Shown here one piece after another: positions 17,592 through 26,734 of a DNA stretch of 64,000 nt. The notes below the pieces were generated by a model. It saw only the letters and a program-made list of their open reading frames with translations. It was not told the origin of the DNA and made no database searches. The DNA lies in contig JBBIHX010000003.1 of the NCBI GenBank assembly GCA_037446815.1, forward strand, positions 291 to 64,290. The letters are read 5' to 3'. Origin of the DNA: Caldilineae bacterium. Its GTDB lineage: Bacteria; Chloroflexota; Anaerolineae; DTLA01. Position numbers and translations under genes: made by a program. Positions within the stretch are counted from its first letter, which is position 1, and every line of letters begins with the position of its first letter.

Positions 17592-20573
17592 CTAGCCCTT
17601 CATGACCGCCAGCGGGCGCAGGCGCGCGACCTTGCGGGCGATGCCAGCGGCGTGGATGGTGTCCACCACCGCGTCCACGTCCTTGTAGGCGTCGGGGGCT
17701 TCTTCCGCCAAGCCCGCCAGGCTCCCCGCGCGCACCTCAATCCCCTGCGCCTTGAGCTGCTCGCGCAGTTTCTCGCCGCGCACCTGGCGCTTGGCCTCGG
17801 CGCGGCTCAGTAACCGCCCCGCGCCGTGCGCCGCCGACCCGAACGTGTCCTCCATCGCCTTGTTGGTCCCCACCAGCACGTAGGATGCCGTGCCCATGTC
17901 GCCAGGAATCAGCACCGGCTGGCCGATGGCGCGGTAGTCCGGCGGGAGTGACGGATGGCCCGGCCCGAAGGCGCGGGTCGCTCCCTTGCGATGCACGCAG
18001 ACCTTGGTGGGCTTGCCCTCAATCACGTACTCCTCAATCTTGGCGATGTTGTGCGCCACGTCGTACACGACGCGCAGGTGCCAGTTGCGGAACCTGGACG
18101 CGAGAACCCGCTCAAAGGCCTGGCGCGCCATGTGGGTGAGGCACTGGCGGTTGGCCCAGGCGTAGTTGGCGGCCCCGGCCATGGCGCCGAAGTAGGCCTT
18201 GCCCTCCGGCGAATTGAGCGGCGCGCACACCAGTTCGCGGTCGGGCAGGCGGATGCCGTACTTCTGGACGGCGTTTTGCAGCGAGCGGACGTAGTCGGTG
18301 CACACCTGATGCCCTAGCCCGCGCGACCCCGAATGAATCTGCACCACCAGTTGCCCCTTGAACAGGCCCAGGGCGTCGGCCGCCTCCTCGTCGTAAATCT
18401 CCTCCACCTCCTGCACTTCCAAGAAGTGGTTGCCGGAGCCCAGGGTGCCCAATTGGTCGCGCCCGCGCGATTTGGCCCGCTCGCTCACCGCCGACGGGTC
18501 GGCGCCGGGCATGGCCCCGCGCTCCTCCAGGTGATCCAAATCCTCCGCGCTGCCGTAGCCGGCCCGCACGGCCCATTCGGCCCCCCGCACCAGCACGTCG
18601 TCCAACTGCTTGCTGGACAGTTTGATGGGGCCGGTCTCGCCCACGCCGCTGGGCACGGTGTTGTACAGAACGTTGATGAGATCGCCCATCAGCGGTTTGA
18701 CGTCGGCCGCGCTCAGCCCCGACGCCAGCAGGCGCACCCCGCAGTTGGACACGACAAACCCATTGGCGACGAAGTTGTGATCGCGGTGGGCGACGGTGAA
18801 ATCGTACACATCCCCCCGATAGTCGTCGGCAGGCTCCACGCGGACGACCGTATCCCAAGCCATGCCCGACAGCCCCAGGCCCGCGGTGGCTTCTTGCACA
18901 AACTGCGCGAAAGGCGGGAAAGCCTGCCCGACGCGCGGGTTCGTGCTTCGGCCTTCCCACAACGACCGTTCCACGAACCGCTCGTTGACCAAGGGCCCGA
19001 CCAGCGCACGCTTGACCTCCTGGACAGTCTTCCCGTCGGCGCGCAGGGCGACGGCCTGCACCGCCACCGCCTCACGCTGGGCGAGGGCCTGCTGTTTCAG
19101 GCGAAGGTACACCACCGCGATGCTCGCCAGGACACGCTTCTCGCGATGGCACTCAAACCCCACGCGGCTCCACAGGCGGATTAGGTTCTGGGGCGACGCC
19201 GCCACGGTCAGGCGCAGGCGCATCGACCGCGAGCCATCGGCACTTGTTTGCTCCAGGCGCTGCCCGATGGGGAGCGTCTCCACGCCGAAGTCCGCCAGCA
19301 CGTCGGCAACATCCCGAAGCCACTGCAGCCCGCTTTCCAGGAACGCCTCGCGCTTGTTGACCGAGAGCGTCGGCGCTTCAAAGGTGTAATCGTGATCCGT
19401 AACGGTTCCTGGGGCGGACATCTCCGCGCCGAAGAGCGCGCCGAGGAAGAGCCGCTTCTGCCACAAGGGGGCGCGCTTGATCCAGGCCGGCATGCGCCAG
19501 TCCGAGCGCGCCTTGTTGCCCAGGGGCAGGCCCAGCGCGGCCAGCAGGACGACAAGGGCCGTGGAACTGACCTTGAACCACGTCTCCACGTTTTCCAACT
19601 GGTACGCCTTGTACGGGGTGTAAATGGAGTGCTGGCGCGTGCGGGCGTACACGCGGGAGGGCGTGAAGCCGATGGCGCGAACATCCTCCCGCAGGTCTTC
19701 CAAATCCTCAACCCGCCCATAGCAGCATAGGACGCCCTTGCCGTTCGTGTGGAGCGTGAGCGTGCCGTCGCCCCACGCCGCGCCCATCAGGCGCAGGATG
19801 TAAGGCAGCGCGGGCGACGAGTACCGAAGGGGCAGCAAGCCCCGCCTCTCCAACTGGGCCAGAATCTGGGACGCCGCGTTGCCGGCGCTCCCCTTGCCCA
19901 GGCCCTGGAGCACGGACTCCACGTCGGCGCGGGTCAGAATCACATCGTCGGTGGGGCGCTCGTATGGGACGCCGTCAAACCCCATCACGGCGACCGTCTC
20001 GCCGGCGCGAATCTGGCCCAAGGGCCTCATGCCATCCGGCGTCCAAAACGGATGGTCCGCCGTGGCGGTTATCGTGCGGCCCGACGCCGTGTGCAGACGC
20101 ATAACCCGCGCCCGAGGGGGCTGGCGCAGGAACCGCACGATGCCGGTTCTCGCTTCTCGGTTGGCCGACAACGCCTGGCAGGCGAGGGTTTCGTCGCGCC
20201 AGTCGGCCTCTAGTTCGGCAATGGGACGGGTGTAGCCGAGGGCGGTTAGGACCAGGCTATCCCCCGCGAGGCAGTTGATGTCATATCCCACGCCGCCAGG
20301 CGAGATGACGCCGTCGGGATAGCGCGTCGCCGCCACGCCCCCGATGCTGAACCCGTATCCCTGGTGGATGTCGGGCATGGCGAGGGCGTAGCCCACGATG
20401 CCCGGGAGCGTAGTCGTGTTGACCAATTGCTCCACCGAGCGGTCCTTGAGCGCGATCTCCAGCATCTTCTCGTCCGCGTAGATGCGGGCGGGAACGCGCA
20501 TGTCGCTCCGGAACGTCTTGGGAATCTCCCACAGGTAATCGCTAATCTTGACGAAATCCTTCTTGGTAATCAT
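17592..20573 (-). CDS. rtcB: RNA-splicing ligase RtcB interrupted by an in-frame intein (993-aa precursor; exteins total 483 aa)
   Basis: N-extein (aa 1-100) ends ...GGVGYDIN. C-extein (383 aa) begins CGVRLL... and carries RtcB motifs (GSGNHF, HSGSRGLGHQ, HNIAKIEEY, AHGAGR). Confidence 0.9.
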   Translation of the reverse strand: MITKKDFVKISDYLWEIPKTFRSDMRVPARIYADEKMLEIALKDRSVEQLVNTTTLPGIVGYALAMPDIHQGYGFSIGGVAATRYPDGVISPGGVGYDINCLAGDSLVLTALGYTRPIAELEADWRDETLACQALSANREARTGIVRFLRQPPRARVMRLHTASGRTITATADHPFWTPDGMRPLGQIRAGETVAVMGFDGVPYERPTDDVILTRADVESVLQGLGKGSAGNAASQILAQLERRGLLPLRYSSPALPYILRLMGAAWGDGTLTLHTNGKGVLCCYGRVEDLEDLREDVRAIGFTPSRVYARTRQHSIYTPYKAYQLENVETWFKVSSTALVVLLAALGLPLGNKARSDWRMPAWIKRAPLWQKRLFLGALFGAEMSAPGTVTDHDYTFEAPTLSVNKREAFLESGLQWLRDVADVLADFGVETLPIGQRLEQTSADGSRSMRLRLTVAASPQNLIRLWSRVGFECHREKRVLASIAVVYLRLKQQALAQREAVAVQAVALRADGKTVQEVKRALVGPLVNERFVERSLWEGRSTNPRVGQAFPPFAQFVQEATAGLGLSGMAWDTVVRVEPADDYRGDVYDFTVAHRDHNFVANGFVVSNCGVRLLASGLSAADVKPLMGDLINVLYNTVPSGVGETGPIKLSSKQLDDVLVRGAEWAVRAGYGSAEDLDHLEERGAMPGADPSAVSERAKSRGRDQLGTLGSGNHFLEVQEVEEIYDEEAADALGLFKGQLVVQIHSGSRGLGHQVCTDYVRSLQNAVQKYGIRLPDRELVCAPLNSPEGKAYFGAMAGAANYAWANRQCLTHMARQAFERVLASRFRNWHLRVVYDVAHNIAKIEEYVIEGKPTKVCVHRKGATRAFGPGHPSLPPDYRAIGQPVLIPGDMGTASYVLVGTNKAMEDTFGSAAHGAGRLLSRAEAKRQVRGEKLREQLKAQGIEVRAGSLAGLAEEAPDAYKDVDAVVDTIHAAGIARKVARLRPLAVMKG
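18744..20273 (-). mobile_element. Intein (about 510 aa) with a LAGLIDADG-type homing-endonuclease core, inserted immediately before the conserved RtcB Cys of DIN|CGVR
   Basis: Block A is CLAGDSLV, block B is TADHPFWT, and the C-terminal block is VYDFTVAHRDHNFVANGFVVSN|C. Two LAGLIDADG-like motifs are present (LMGAAWGDG; FLGALFGAE). Confidence 0.85.
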
Positions 20574-20623
20574 GGTCTCTCCTCATTACTCGGCTACCTG
20601 GAGTGAGGCGAACTTTGGCGCGG

Positions 20624-22930
20624 CTATCGGCCCCACGCGGCCTCCACATCGTCCCCTGGCGCGTTCGTCAACCGTTTCAGGCCGCGGCCCGCCGCTGAAA
20701 TCCTGTAGATTTCGCCTTGCCCGTCGCGCCATGACGTGAACACCAGCCACTGGCCGTCGGGCGACCAGTCGGGGTACCGATTATAATAAGGCGTGGCGCG
20801 GCTGTCTGTCAACTGCACAAGGGTGCCTTCTACATTGCGCGGATCGGCGATGTACAGTTCCAGCAGGCCGCTGCGCGCCGACACGAAGGCGATGCGCGCG
20901 CCGTCGGGCGAGTAGGTCGGGAAGGCGTCCGACGCGGGATGGTTGGTCAGGCGGCGTTCGGCCCCCGTGTTCACGTCCACCGCGTACAGTTCAAAGTTGC
21001 CGTCGCGGCCCGACGTGAACACGATTTCCCTGCCATCGGGCGACCAGGCGGGGAAACTGTCCCACGCCGCGTTGTAGGTCAGTTGCCGCTTCCCGCTGCC
21101 GTCCATCCGACTGACGAAGATCTCCCAGTCGCCATCCTCGTTGGAGACGTAGGCCAGCCGCTGGCCATCCCTGGCCCACACGGGGTGAATCTGCTCGCCC
21201 GGCCCCTGGATGGCCGCGATGACGCCCGGCGGGTTCAGCCCACCGCCCAGGTCCAGCAGGTAGATGTCGTTGTCGCCGCCTCGGTCGGACGAGAAGGCGA
21301 TCCATCGGCGGTCGGGCGACCAGGACGGGGAGTTGTCGTTGGCCGGGTGCTGCGTCAGGTTCTGCACGGCGGAGCCATCGGCCCGCATGACGTAGATGTC
21401 GTAGTTGCCGCCGCGGTCCGAGGCGAAGGCGATGAGCGCTTCCGCCGGCGGTTCCCCGGGCGGGAGCGACGCCAGGTAGTTGCCGCTGCACCAGCCCGTC
21501 AGGCCGATTTCATCCACCCTCACCTGATACCAGGGGATGGCATCGGCCCATTGGGGGCCGGCCAGGATGGTAACGGCCGTGTTGAATGGTGCTTTCCACA
21601 GCACCGTGTAGCCCAGGCCGGGGCCGCTGCGGATGTTCAGGACATCCGGCGCGGTGATGTACGCCCGTCCGCCTACGACAAGGCCCGTTGGGGGCGGCGG
21701 GGCGGGGGTTGGCCACGGCCTCGCGAGTTTGAGCCGCGCCGCTTCCAGCAGGGGCTTCGCCAGGTTGATGGGCCGCACGTAGCCCATCTTGGCCGGGACA
21801 TCGGTCCTGTACCAGATTTGGCTGGGGATGCCGATCAACTCGCCGCGCGAGTTCAACGCCATCCCGCCGCTGTTGCCCGGGCTGATTTCGGTGTCGGTGG
21901 TGATCCACTCGCCGGTCTCATCGCGGGCGCGCCCCGACACTACGCCTCGGGTTACGGACAGATACCCGTGGGTAACCGCAGGGTAGCCCAGAATGAAGAT
22001 GGTGTCGGGCGCGTCCAGCAGGTCGGAGTTGCCCAGGGGTACGGTGGGGAACGTCGGCGGGAGCGGCCCCGTGCTGCCCTGATGCCGCCGCACAATCTGG
22101 AACACGGCCAGGTCCAGAGTCGGATCGTAGGTGAGGTACTGGGCGACGTATTCCATGGCGGCGGGCGCTGTCGGCGAGTGGAACAGGCCAACGTAGACCT
22201 CGCCCGCCGTGTTGCGCGCTAGGACGGCGCCGTTCTCCTTGTACCACAGCACGTGCCAGTTGGTGAGAATCAGCCCTCGGCTGTCCACGATAGAGCCCGA
22301 TGCCTCTGTAGTGATCTGCCCTTGGTCATTCGGCACCCAGAGTTTCACCAGCGCGTTGCGCGCCTGCTGGATGTACCACTCCGAGGTCATGGTGGGAACC
22401 GCCGTCGGGGCGGGCATGGGAGTCCCTGTAGGGGTGGCAGCCGTCGTGGGCGTGGGGATGGGCGGAGACTCAATTCGGAATGTGGCGACTTGCACCGGTT
22501 GCCCGCCCAAGAAGAGTTCCAGCCGATAGTCGCCGCTGATGAGGCCGTTGACATCCTCAAGCAAGGCATACTTAGCCAGCCCCTGGGCCCCGTCGCGCGC
22601 CGCGTCCCACGTGAAGGACTCCTCGCGCCACAGCGCGCCGTTCCAGTACCAGCGCAGGGTGTACGGCGCGCCGTGGGCCATGCCGCTGTACGCCCAGATG
22701 GCGTAAACTTGCCTTGTCCCAGGCGGGAACGAATTGGTGGCTACGGTTGGCTCGCCGGGGAGCGGCGGGCGTTGGGCAAAGGCGATGGGCCCGAAATAGG
22801 GCGACGGCGTGGCCGATGGCACGGGCGAAGGCGTGGGCGAAGGCGCAGGGGTGCGGAACAGAGAGCATGATGAAAACATCAGCGACAGTACGAGAAGAAT
22901 ACCGACTGTTGCCTGAAGGCTCTTGTTCAC
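20624..22930 (-). CDS. Secreted/lipo-anchored multidomain serine protease: S1 (trypsin-like) peptidase + SH3b + PD40/TolB-like beta-propeller repeats (768 aa)
   Basis: N-terminal signal with a possible lipobox (MFSSC) and a Pro/Thr/Ser linker. The catalytic triad context is TNWHV...DLAVFQI...GNSGGM. The SH3b-like segment is (WYQVRVDEIGLTGWCSGNYL). There are at least 6 PD40-like repeats (W/YSPDG...A/VF). Confidence 0.75.
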   Translation of the reverse strand: MNKSLQATVGILLVLSLMFSSCSLFRTPAPSPTPSPVPSATPSPYFGPIAFAQRPPLPGEPTVATNSFPPGTRQVYAIWAYSGMAHGAPYTLRWYWNGALWREESFTWDAARDGAQGLAKYALLEDVNGLISGDYRLELFLGGQPVQVATFRIESPPIPTPTTAATPTGTPMPAPTAVPTMTSEWYIQQARNALVKLWVPNDQGQITTEASGSIVDSRGLILTNWHVLWYKENGAVLARNTAGEVYVGLFHSPTAPAAMEYVAQYLTYDPTLDLAVFQIVRRHQGSTGPLPPTFPTVPLGNSDLLDAPDTIFILGYPAVTHGYLSVTRGVVSGRARDETGEWITTDTEISPGNSGGMALNSRGELIGIPSQIWYRTDVPAKMGYVRPINLAKPLLEAARLKLARPWPTPAPPPPTGLVVGGRAYITAPDVLNIRSGPGLGYTVLWKAPFNTAVTILAGPQWADAIPWYQVRVDEIGLTGWCSGNYLASLPPGEPPAEALIAFASDRGGNYDIYVMRADGSAVQNLTQHPANDNSPSWSPDRRWIAFSSDRGGDNDIYLLDLGGGLNPPGVIAAIQGPGEQIHPVWARDGQRLAYVSNEDGDWEIFVSRMDGSGKRQLTYNAAWDSFPAWSPDGREIVFTSGRDGNFELYAVDVNTGAERRLTNHPASDAFPTYSPDGARIAFVSARSGLLELYIADPRNVEGTLVQLTDSRATPYYNRYPDWSPDGQWLVFTSWRDGQGEIYRISAAGRGLKRLTNAPGDDVEAAWGR

Positions 22931-23030
22931 CTTTTCACCGCCTTTTGAAGGTGCGAACGGCGCGGATAACTGTATGTATGATTATTATACCGGGCCGACG
23001 GTTTCCTGCCAAATGGATTTGAGGGAGGAC

Positions 23031-23177
23031 TCGGTTTCAAAGTCTGTTGGTATTTGTCATTGCGAGGGCGCGGAGCGCCTGAAGCAATCTCTGGGGCGTG
23101 AGGTTGCTTCGCTTCGCTCGCAACGACACACGAGGAGAGTGTGCCTACGGTTCACCAACACAAGATGGAACCGAATG
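23031..23177 (+). repeat. MITE-like dispersed repeat, family A (copy 1)
   Basis: Terminal inverted repeats GACTCGGTTTCA...TGGAACCGAATG. The internal hairpin is GTCATTGCGAGGGC...GCTCGCAACGACAC. Homologous to 52691-52840 and, in reverse orientation, 29384-29516. Confidence 0.7.
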
Positions 23178-23178
23178 T

Positions 23179-23376
23179 GGGGGAGGACTCGGTTTCAAAG
23201 TCTGTTGGCATCTACCGTCATTCTGAGCGGCGGAGAGCGAAGAATCTCGCTAGCCGAGATGCTTCGCCTTCGGCTCAGCATGACAGATGTGAGCGCAACG
23301 TGCGACGCACCTCCGAGGTGCGTCGCACGTAACCCTCTCCGCGTGGGCAGACCAACGCAAAATGGAGCCGTGTCAG
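23179..23376 (+). repeat. Second, chimeric family-A copy in direct tandem, carrying a family-B palindrome module inside
   Basis: Begins with the same GGGAGGACTCGGTTTCAAAGTCTGTTGG and ends with a degenerate right end (...AAAATGGAGCCGTGTC). The interior contains GAGATGCTTCGCCTTCGGCTCAGCATGAC and the perfect palindrome 23298-23330. Confidence 0.6.
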
Positions 23377-23455
23377 AATCTCGCGGGCCTTGACAGGACG
23401 CGAAGATTGTTATAGAGTTATAGTAAAATGGCATGAGGAATGGGCGCGGGGCACA

Positions 23456-23881
23456 ATGGACTTCTCCATCCGCATTGACCCGAAAAGCAGCATACCGATC
23501 TTTGTCCAAATCATGAGCCAGATCAAGCACCTCATCGCGTCTGGCGCGCTTCAACCTGGGCAGCAATTGCCCACCATCCGCGAACTCGCCGTCAGCCTCA
23601 CGGTCAACCTGCACACGGTGGCCCACGCCTACGCGGAGTTGGAGAAGGAGGGCCTGCTCACCATCCAGCGCGGGCGCGGCACTTTTGTCTCCGAGCAGAG
23701 CGCCGACCACCAACTGGAGGACGTGCGCCTGCTCAAGTTGCAGAGCCTTGTGGAGGGGCTTTTTGTGGAGGCGCTGAATCTGGGGTACGATGTGGAGGAA
23801 GTCAGGCAGGCAGTTGAGCAGCATGTGGAGCGCTGGCGCACGACGGTGCAGCAGTCGCCCATAGATGCATGGGAGGAGTAA
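23456..23881 (+). CDS. GntR-family transcriptional regulator (short, YtrA-like)
   Basis: The GntR winged-HTH is QLPTIRELAVSLTVNLHTVAHAYAELEKEGLLTIQRGRGTFV. The short C-terminal region is typical of the YtrA subfamily. The likely start is ATG 23456 (MDFSIRID). Confidence 0.8.
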   Translation: MDFSIRIDPKSSIPIFVQIMSQIKHLIASGALQPGQQLPTIRELAVSLTVNLHTVAHAYAELEKEGLLTIQRGRGTFVSEQSADHQLEDVRLLKLQSLVEGLFVEALNLGYDVEEVRQAVEQHVERWRTTVQQSPIDAWEE

Positions 23882-23887
23882 CGCACG

Positions 23888-24805
23888 ATGGAAGAAGAAA
23901 TCATACGCGGGCGGTTCATGGAAGGGGCCAGTTTCCAGTTCCGGGCGTTCAACACGCTTTCGTTCGTTATGGCAGCCATTGCTACGGGGGTGGGCATCCT
24001 CGTGGGGCGGCTGGCCGGCGACTGGCGCTGGGGGATTCCCTTGTACGTCGCGGCTGTGGCCCTGCTTTTCGGCTATAAGGTGGCGCAGCACTGGGAGCGG
24101 GCCGTGATCCTGCGCCTGGGCAAATTCCACCGCGTGGCCGGGCCGGGCAGTTTCTGGGTGATTCCCTTGGTGGATCGCATTGCGGCGTGGGTGGACCACC
24201 GCATGATGGTAACGCCCTTCGGCGCGGAGAAGACCCTCACCCGCGACACGGTGCCGGTCAACGTGGACGCCGTGCTGTTTTGGGTGGTGTGGGATGCCAC
24301 CAAGGCGGCGCTGGAGGTGAAGAACTACCGCATGGCCATCGCCTGGGCGGCCCAGACGGCGCTCCGCGACATCATCGGCAAAATGGATTTGGCGGACATC
24401 CTCGTGGGGCGCGAGAAGATTGACGCCGAACTCCAGCAAATCATTGACCACCGCACGACGCCCTGGGGCATCACCGTGGAGTCGGTGGAGATTCGCGACG
24501 TGGTGATCCCCGAGGCGCTGGAAGACGCCATGTCGCGGCAGGCCCAGGCGGAGCGGGAACGCCAAGCCCGCATCATCTTGGGCCAGGCCGAACAGCAGAT
24601 CGCCAAGAGTTTCCTGGAGGCGGCCCGCTACTACGAGGACCACCCGATGGCCTTTCGGCTGCGCACCCTCAATATGATTATGGAGGGAGTCAAGGAGCGC
24701 GGCTCGCTGGTGGTGGTCCCCTACGATGAGATGCGCGACTTGGGAACCATCGCGGGCCTCAGCGCGGTGCGCGACAAGGAAGCCGAGGAGAAGGCGAATT
24801 CCTGA
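23888..24805 (+). CDS. SPFH/band-7 (stomatin/prohibitin-like) membrane protein
   Basis: N-terminal TM helix, then an SPFH core (ERAVILRLGKFHRVAGPGSFWVIPLVDRI...) and a coiled-coil C-terminal region. Located 6 nt downstream of the GntR gene. Confidence 0.8.
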   Translation: MEEEIIRGRFMEGASFQFRAFNTLSFVMAAIATGVGILVGRLAGDWRWGIPLYVAAVALLFGYKVAQHWERAVILRLGKFHRVAGPGSFWVIPLVDRIAAWVDHRMMVTPFGAEKTLTRDTVPVNVDAVLFWVVWDATKAALEVKNYRMAIAWAAQTALRDIIGKMDLADILVGREKIDAELQQIIDHRTTPWGITVESVEIRDVVIPEALEDAMSRQAQAERERQARIILGQAEQQIAKSFLEAARYYEDHPMAFRLRTLNMIMEGVKERGSLVVVPYDEMRDLGTIAGLSAVRDKEAEEKANS

Positions 24806-24989
24806 CGCCTTCCGCCGCGGATGCAGCCCCTCACAGATGCGACGCGCGCGCCATTGAGGGCGGTGCAGTCATGGCGCGTCCGTCATTCCACTGCGGGCAG
24901 GGCGGGCCCTCTCGCATGGGTGGCCGCTCGCTCCGGCGCGCCCCCTACATCTCCCCCGGGCGAATCTTTGTGAAATCCGTCCTAATATC

Positions 24990-25018
24990 TTGACAACCTG
25001 CGATTTCCGTGTTATAAT
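24990..25018 (+). promoter_or_regulatory. Near-consensus sigma70-type promoter (TTGACA-17 nt-TATAAT) for the FeS/NrfD/cytochrome operon
   Basis: TTGACA at 24990-24995 and TATAAT at 25013-25018 with a 17-nt spacer. A 7-N12-7 inverted repeat (TATAGTT...AACTATA, 25022-25047) lies immediately downstream. Confidence 0.65.
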
Positions 25019-25078
25019 GCGTATAGTTCTAGTAGACTATAACTATAGACCTTGCGCACAAGAGCGAGGAGAATCCCG

Positions 25079-25750
25079 ATGTCAGAACCGAAAGTAACGC
25101 GAAGGACATTCCTCCGCTACCTGCTGGGCACCGGCGCGGTAGCGGCTGCGGGCGGAGTTGGCCTGGGCCTGGCCCACGGCACGCAGGCGGCCCTGGCCCA
25201 GACGGATGCGCCGAAGGCCCGCTACGCCCTCATCATTGACACCACCAAATGCGTAGGTTGCGGCGCGTGCGTGCGGGCGTGCAACATCCGCAACAACCTC
25301 CCCGAGGGCAAGAGTTACATCCACATCGTGGCCAAGGATGAGCGGAACCATCAGTGGTTCCTGCCCGTGCAGTGCCAGCATTGCGCCGACGCGCCTTGTG
25401 CGCGGGTGTGCCCCACGCGGGCCACGTACCGCCACGAGAGCGGCGTCGTCCTCATCAACGAGAAACTGTGCGTCGGGTGCAAGTACTGCGAGGTGGCCTG
25501 CCCCTACCAGGCGCGCACCTTTGACGAGGAGCGGGGCGTGGTGGACAAGTGCTGGCTGTGCCTGGACTGGGTGAGCGAGGGCAAGAATCCGGCGTGTGTC
25601 CAGGCGTGCGTCCTGGGCGCGCGCCTTTTCGGGCGGCTGGATGACCCCAACAGCGAGGTCGCCCAACTGGTGGCGTCGGGCAGGGCCAAACCGCTGCATC
25701 CCGAATTCGGCACCCATCCGGCAGTCCTGCATTACATCATTGAGGAGTAG
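25079..25750 (+). CDS. Tat-exported 4Fe-4S ferredoxin-type subunit (NrfC/PsrB/DmsB-like)
   Basis: Twin-arginine signal RRTFLRYLLGTGAVAAAG. Multiple Cx2Cx2Cx3CP clusters (CVGCGACVRAC, CQHCADAPCARVCP, CVGCKYCEVACP, CWLC...C). GAGGAG RBS before ATG 25079. Confidence 0.85.
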   Translation: MSEPKVTRRTFLRYLLGTGAVAAAGGVGLGLAHGTQAALAQTDAPKARYALIIDTTKCVGCGACVRACNIRNNLPEGKSYIHIVAKDERNHQWFLPVQCQHCADAPCARVCPTRATYRHESGVVLINEKLCVGCKYCEVACPYQARTFDEERGVVDKCWLCLDWVSEGKNPACVQACVLGARLFGRLDDPNSEVAQLVASGRAKPLHPEFGTHPAVLHYIIEE

Positions 25751-25756
25751 TGTGCG

Positions 25757-26713
25757 ATGGGACAGACGGCCTGGGGTTGGTTGATCGCCATTTACCTGTT
25801 CCTCGGCGGGCTCGGCGCGGGTTCCTTCTTGATGGCCGCCCTCTTTGAACTGAGCGGCTGGCGCTATCGGAGCAAATTCTGCCCGGTGGCGCTGGTAGGG
25901 GCTACGGTGAGCGGGCCGCTGGTGGCCTTGGGCAGCGCCCTGCTCATCTTTGACCTGGGCGCGGGGCGCATGGAGCCCTGGCGCATCTTCTACATGTTCA
26001 CCCACTTCAGTTCGGTGATGACGTGGGGTATCTGGATTCTGAGCGTCTTCATCCCGCTCAGCCTGGTGTACGGGTTCCTGGAACTGATGGAATCCGAACC
26101 GTGGCTGAAGGGATTTGTGTCGGCGCGGCTGCCCTGGGTTCTGCGCAACGCCCGCACCTACCGCCGCTGGGTGGCCGCGGTCGGGAGCGTTTTCGCGGTG
26201 GCCACGGCCGTGTACACCGGCGTGCTCATCAGCGCGGTCGGGCCTGCTATCCCGCTGTGGAGCCAGCCGGTGCTGCCATTCCTGCGCATTCCGATGCTGC
26301 CCATCCTGTTCTTCATCTCGGCGATCTCCACCGGAATGGGCCTGACCTTTGACATCTCCGCCACCATCGCGGACCCCGAAATCCAGCGCCGATTCCGCGT
26401 CATGGACCTGAGCCACATCTTGCTCATCGGGTTGGAGAACATCGCCATCGGGCTGCTGTTCATCTCGGCGTTGAGCGCCGGGGGAGCCGCAGCCGAGGCC
26501 GCTCGCATCGTCCTGTACGGCCCCCTGGCGGTGGTGTTCTGGGTAGGCGTTGTGCTCGTGGGCCTTGTGTTCCCGTTCGTAGTCCACGCTTATGCCATTG
26601 GCCGAGGGCAGCACTCGCTGGCGTCAGGCGTCGGTTCCGGCGTGGGGATTGTCATCGCGGGCTTGCTGCTTCGCTACATGATCGTGTACGCGGGCATCCC
26701 GGCAGCCCTATAG
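25757..26713 (+). CDS. NrfD/PsrC-family integral membrane quinol-interacting subunit
   Basis: A 318-aa protein with about 8 TM helices. The N-terminal WLIAIYLFLGGLGAGSF is characteristic of NrfD-like proteins. It starts 7 nt after the FeS gene. Confidence 0.8.
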   Translation: MGQTAWGWLIAIYLFLGGLGAGSFLMAALFELSGWRYRSKFCPVALVGATVSGPLVALGSALLIFDLGAGRMEPWRIFYMFTHFSSVMTWGIWILSVFIPLSLVYGFLELMESEPWLKGFVSARLPWVLRNARTYRRWVAAVGSVFAVATAVYTGVLISAVGPAIPLWSQPVLPFLRIPMLPILFFISAISTGMGLTFDISATIADPEIQRRFRVMDLSHILLIGLENIAIGLLFISALSAGGAAAEAARIVLYGPLAVVFWVGVVLVGLVFPFVVHAYAIGRGQHSLASGVGSGVGIVIAGLLLRYMIVYAGIPAAL

Positions 26714-26734
26714 CGCGAACTGAGGTAGAGGACT

